Assembly (NCBI GenBank): GCA_025054615.1
Contig: JANWZO010000001.1
Span: forward strand, 143,499-207,498
Source of the DNA: Kiritimatiellia bacterium
GTDB taxonomy: Bacteria > Verrucomicrobiota > Kiritimatiellia > CAIVKH01
Length of the DNA: 64,000 bases
Direction: 5' to 3'
Both the position numbers and the translations under genes were made by a program. Of this stretch, positions 33,401 through 39,400 are shown piece by piece. Each line of letters opens with the position of its first letter. The stretch's first letter is position 1. Below the pieces are notes generated by a model. The model saw only the letters and a list, made by a program, of their open reading frames with translations. It was not told the DNA's origin and did no database searches.

Positions 33401-36400
33401 AAAACGGGCAGGGCCGAGCTCCACGCCAACCGGATAAATTCCGGTCCATCGGGGATCGCCGAGAGAAAAGAGGGAGGAGGTATGTTGCTGACTGTTATCG
33501 TCACCGGCACGCTAATCGGGCCGTTTGTCGCATTGCCCGAAATGACATTTGTGGCGACGAAGGTCCCCGCGTTGGTCAGGGATCCGCCCTGAAGAACAAC
33601 GTTGATGGTCGTTTGATCACACGCCGGATTCGTGCCCGCCCCAGGCGCAATCGCCAACCAATTCTGGAGACCCGCTCCATAGTTCGTGCTAATCGACCAG
33701 ATCAAATTGGTGAAACCCGTATTGATAATCGTAAGTTGCTGGGTAATCGACACATTGTCGCCCAGCATCGCAGAAAACGACATGGAGGTCGGACTGACCG
33801 CGATAGCAGGCGCTCCGGTGAACGCCCACAATTGGCACCAATTCCGAGCCACGCGGATTTCATCGAACCACGCGTTGCTTTGCACGCCGCCGCTGTAGGC
33901 GCCCACGGAGAATGCGAAACCGTCGATGAATGACGGCGCATACGCCGCGGGGACGATGTAGTTGGTGCTCCAGAGCGCGGGCTCAGTGAAGGGGATCGTC
34001 CCTGTCCGATAGATGCCGAGAATCGCCATCTCGCGGGTCTCAAAGTTATAGCGGCCGACCACGGTGTGAATATCGTTTGTGCCTGTCGTCACGAAATAGG
34101 TCGATATGCTTCCGCTGTGTGTGATGCTTTCCTGCACACCCAGATGCGAGGAGCCGCCAGGTACGCCATAGTAGAGAATCCGATTGGTACCGGACATTAG
34201 GTGCACGCCCGCATAACGCAACGATCCGACCGTTTGAAGGCGGAACGTGTACGCAAGGTAGATCCGCCCTGTGCTAAACGTGTACCCGAATGGGCGTGAG
34301 CGGATAGCCGTTCCATTGGTGCCGGGGGCGGGAAGGAACAGAGAATTGCCGCGGCCGCCGGGATGATTGGTGGGGTAGGCCAACGTGACATTCGTGATGT
34401 GGTAGGCGCCAGCCAGAGAACTGGTGGACGACCACGCGCCGCCCCAGCCCGTGCCGCCGTTGAGCAAGCCCAGCGGAACGCCGTTCGTGTAGCTGAACTG
34501 GTCGATGATCAGCACGTCGAAGCCCGGCGTATTTGTCGACGCGGAGACTGCCGTTGAATAGAAGTTGTTCGAACTGACCGAGTAAAGGGCGTAGAAGTTG
34601 GTGGACAGCGCGGGCACCACGTGCTCCAGGGACGTCGCCGGGCCTTTGTAAATGACCAGGGAGGATCCGCCGATCGTGTCGCCCGGATTATACGCTGTTC
34701 CCTGAACAGGTGCCGCCGGCGCAGCCCCGTTGCGGTAGACGAGCATCACGTTGAAATTCGAATGGTTATTCCAGTTGAGGCGCACCATCTGCGGCCCATC
34801 GGCTACAGCGGTGAGATTCGAAGGCGGGGCGGGATAGACATTGAGCGTAATCACAACATCAACCGGACCGTTCGTCGCATGACCGGCAATCCGATTCGTT
34901 GCGACAAAAGTCCCAACATTCGTCACGCTCGCCATGTTGAGGGAGGCGGTTACTACCTGAGCGCTCGATGTGTACACCACCATCGAGGTGTGGCTCAGCG
35001 ACACCCACCCGCTCAATCCATTCCCGTAAGAAAGCGTGTTCGTCGCGAACAAGTTCGCTCGGCCAATGTTCGTCACAACAAAGGTCGATGCCGTGGGTGA
35101 TCCGCCCCAGACCACGTTCCACACAATCGACGTGGGCGCGACCCCGATCCCGCCAAATCCCCAAAGCTGATCCCAACTGGGCGCGTAGAAAATTTCGTCT
35201 ACTGCCGTATTGCTGACAGAAACCCCTCCGATGCCCTCCAGGTAGATCTGCAACTGGTCAATATCCACGGGCGCATTTGCGACGGGATTCGTGAATGTTG
35301 CATGCCAAGTAGCCGGTTCAGACAGCGGTATCGTGTCTGTCCAGTGGTAGGCATAGAGTGACGCTACACGCGACGTAATGTTGTACCGGCCCACCACGGT
35401 ATACACATCGCCAGTGCCCGTACCTGTGGATACCGAAGACGTCACTCCCGCCCATGTCTGCTCTGCGAAAATCCCAAATTGGTACGTCCCGGGAGCAACA
35501 CCGAAGAAAACACCTCGCCCAAGATAGAAATCCCGGATGGTCATGCCGACGCGGCGATTTGGGCCAAAGGACTCGGTTCGGAACGTGTAGGCGAGATACA
35601 CGGTTCCCGTGTTGAAAATGTAGTCGGCTTCGATATTGCGCGTCCATATTGCATTCGTGGTGCTGTCGGGCAGCAGGCGGAACATGTTCGCCGCCGGCCC
35701 AGGGTGCCGTGTCGGAACCGGAAGGGACCCGTTCGTTACAACCCAAGTACTCAGGTTCCAAGCGCCGTTCCAACCAGTGCCCCCGTTCAGTCCTGCTAGG
35801 TACGTCATGCCATTCGTGTAACTGGCCTGCTCGACAACGGGGGAGCGGAACGGCGGCGTTACGGCCGAGACGAGGACTCCTGTGGAGTAAAACGCGCCAT
35901 TCGCCGAGTAAATGGCGTAGTAATTCAAGCTTGCCGCATTGACCACGTGCTCGAGCGAGGTCGCCGCTCCGCGGAAGGCTACAAAAGAGCCGGGGACGAT
36001 TTCATCGCCAGCGGAATAGTAGACGCCCTGTGCCGGAGCTGCTGGCGGGGCATTATAGCGATGGACCACCATCACCTCGAGACCGGGGTGATTCGACCAC
36101 GCCAACCGCACCATCTGCGGGCCATCCGGGGTGGCGGATGCGCTCGCCACAGGTGGCAGGTTTGACACATTCAAGGTATAGACGACGCGGATCGGGCTGT
36201 TCTCCGCATTCGCGGAGACCGTATTTGTCGCGATGAACGTGCCCGTATTCGTGACGCCAGCTGCCACGACAGCTCCGGTAAACACGCGGGTTTGAGCCGC
36301 GCCCACCGCGGCCGTAACCGGGCTAATCGACAGCCATCCACTGAGGCCCGCACCGTACGAGACGGTGTTAGTTACGTGCAGCGTTGCATAACCCAGATTT

Positions 36401-39400
36401 GTGACCACAAATATTCCTGACGTCGCCGTACCGCCTATAAAGGTGTTGATCACGATCGACGTCGGCCCAACCCCCATCGTCATCCGCTCCCACAGTTGAC
36501 CCCAGCTCTGCGCAACGCGGATTTCGTCGAGCCATGTATTCCCCAAAGACAGGCCTCCAAATCCGCCCATGTTGATTGACAATCCATCAATGCTTCCCGG
36601 TGCATTGGCCGCCGGGACGGTGTATGACGCATCCCACGTCGCTGGTTCGATCGCCGGAATTGTCGTCGTCTTGAAATACCCCAGAATATTCATCTCCCGC
36701 GTCGCAAAGTCATACCGACCGACCACTGTGTAAATGTCGCCCGTCCCCGTATTGATCACGTAGGAGGAATTTTGCCCGCCAAACGAAACGCTTTCCTCCA
36801 CCCCCAGAACCGTTTGCCCGCCCCGCAATCCGTAGTACAACCGCCCTGCTCCGTTCGACGTCAATTGCAGCCCAAGGTACCGGCCCGTGCCCACCGCCCC
36901 AGCTCGGAACGTATACGCCAGATAAAGTCGGCCTGTGCTATAGGCCGCTCCAAACGGTCGGTTCCTCGTCACATCCACATTGGCCGCCGGCGCCGGCACA
37001 TATAACGCATTCGCCGCCGCCCCAGGATGCCCGCTCGGCACCTCCAGACTCCCGTTCGTCACAATCCACGATCCCCCGCCACTACCCCACGCTCCACCCC
37101 ACCCAACACCGCCGTTCAATCCGGTCAGGCTCACCCCGTTCGTGTAGCTGGCCTGGTCTGTGATCAACACCTGAAACACCGGCGTCGTCGCCCCAGCGCT
37201 CACCCCAGGCGAGTAATAGTTGTTATTGATCGAATAAAACGCGTAGAAATTCGTCGACCCCGCCGGAACCACGTGCTCCAACGCCGATCCCGCCCCCTTG
37301 TAGATCACCAGCGAACTGCCTCCGATCGTGTCCCCAGCATTGTAGGATGTCCCCTGCGCAGGCGCTGCCGGCGCCGCCCCATTCCGGTACACGATCAACA
37401 CGTCAAAACTCGGGTGCTTCGTCCAGCTCAACCGCACCATCTGCGGCCCGTCCGCCACCGCAGACTGCGCCGAGGGATTCGGAATGTTCGTGATCGTCCA
37501 CGTCACGGAAATCGTCTGGGGACTGTTCGTCGTAAACGAATCGCCCGTGACGGTGATCGTCGCATTCGATACGCCGGCTTGAAGGCCGGCTATCAGTTGC
37601 ACGTGAACGGTGTGAATATTGCCGGCGCCCGGCGCCGCCGTGTTCGCCGTGTTGCTCACCGACAACCAACTGGCATTTGTCGCAAATGAGTAGGTTAGAG
37701 TCTCCAGACCGATGTTCGACACGCTAAACGACTGGAAAGAAGGAGACGGCAGTGACCCGAGCATCGAGGTAAATGCGATCGTGCCCGGATGGTTGGAAAT
37801 GCCGCTCCCCGCGCCCGTTCCCTGTATCGCGAAATTGTACGGATTCTTGCCCGTCGACGAACTGTTGGTGAACAAAACCTCCGCTGTGCGCAAGCCAATA
37901 GCCGACGGATCAAACTGCACCTGGAAGGTGGCCGTTGCGCCCGCAGCGATTTGCGTGGGAGGCTGGGTGACGACCGTAAAATCGGACGCGTGAGTCCCGA
38001 CAATCACCACATTGCTGATGGCGAGGGGACGATTTCCGGTGTTGGTGATGGTAAAGGTTCGGGTGAGGGTCGCACCCGACACACCAACGAGACCGAAATC
38101 GGTGTGATCCGCAGTGGACGGCGTCGAATCTCCGTCTGCAATGACCTGCCCATTACCCAGCACATCCAGGTTGTACGTGACTCCCGTGCCCGCGATCCGG
38201 AATGTGTAAGGTGATTTGCCGGCTACGGTGTTGGTGAACGTCAGATCCGTCCACCGCTCGCCGTCGGCGCTTGGGTCGAATTCAATCGTGATGTTCGTCG
38301 ATCCGCCCGCTGGCAGAGTCGCTGGCGGCTGATTGATGACCGTAAAGTCGGACGAATGCCCGCCAGAGAAACTAATTCCCCCTAGACCGATCGCCGCAGT
38401 ACCCGAATTCGTGATGGTAAAGACCCGCTGAAATGTGCCGCCATCCGTAACGACGTCGCCAAAGAGCGTGTGATCCGCAAACGACGGCGTGGTATCGCCG
38501 TTCACAATGAGGGTGTTGTTGCCGTAAACCTCCACATCGCCCGCCAGTCCTCCGCTCGTGAAGACAAGAAACAAGTTGCCGCCGCTGTTGGTCACCGAAA
38601 AAGCGCCCCCTCCCAAGGACGGCGAAAATCCGGTCGTGTTGACAACAAATCGGTTGGTTGCAAAACCACTAATCGATCCCGCATTTACGATGCGCCATGA
38701 GTAATTCGTGGAGCTGTCCCAACCCGTCGGGTTCCCATGAAGATAAATCACGAAGGGGTTGTCGACCGTTGAGTTAACCGTGACCGATCCGCTTCCACTC
38801 CCAACAACAATCTGATCCCACTCCGTACCCGGAGTGCCCGACACATTCGAAATATCAACTCGCATTCCGCCATTGGTTTGCAACGTAAGGTTGCCTGAAT
38901 TCAAATTGGCCCGGTCCCCTATGGTATTTCCCGGATCAACAAGACCGAAAACAGTCAAGGCGCCCACCGTCCCCGTTCCCCGCAATGTTCCGACTCCCAT
39001 GATCGTGTGCGCCGAGTTTGCCGATGAACCGCGAACGACCAGGACGCCATTGCTGATCGTGGTCGACCCACTGTAGGTATTGATGCTGTGCACGGTCGCC
39101 GTCCCAGTGCCGTCCTTGATCAACGGATTTGCGCCGATGTTCAGCGGCGTATTCCACTCTACTTCGCCCGCCCCGGCGAGGGTCAATCCAAACGCCGAAG
39201 TAATTGCAGTGCTGTTGGAAACATGGAGCCTTCCGGCATCTGAGCTGATCCTCGTCGCCGATGAGAAGAAGATGCGGCCCGTCAACGTATTGTCGCCGCT
39301 GATATTTCGCAGGGCGCCGCCGCTGTTAATGCCCGCCCCCGCCAAATAGATCCGCTCTCCCAGCGTAAAACCTCCGGCCACTTCCAGCGCCGCTTCCATC

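Noticed and set aside
32480..37800. Repeats as a CRISPR array or recent DNA duplication
   Set aside because: They are in-frame protein-level repeats, diverged at synonymous sites, with no short identical direct repeats and spacers.
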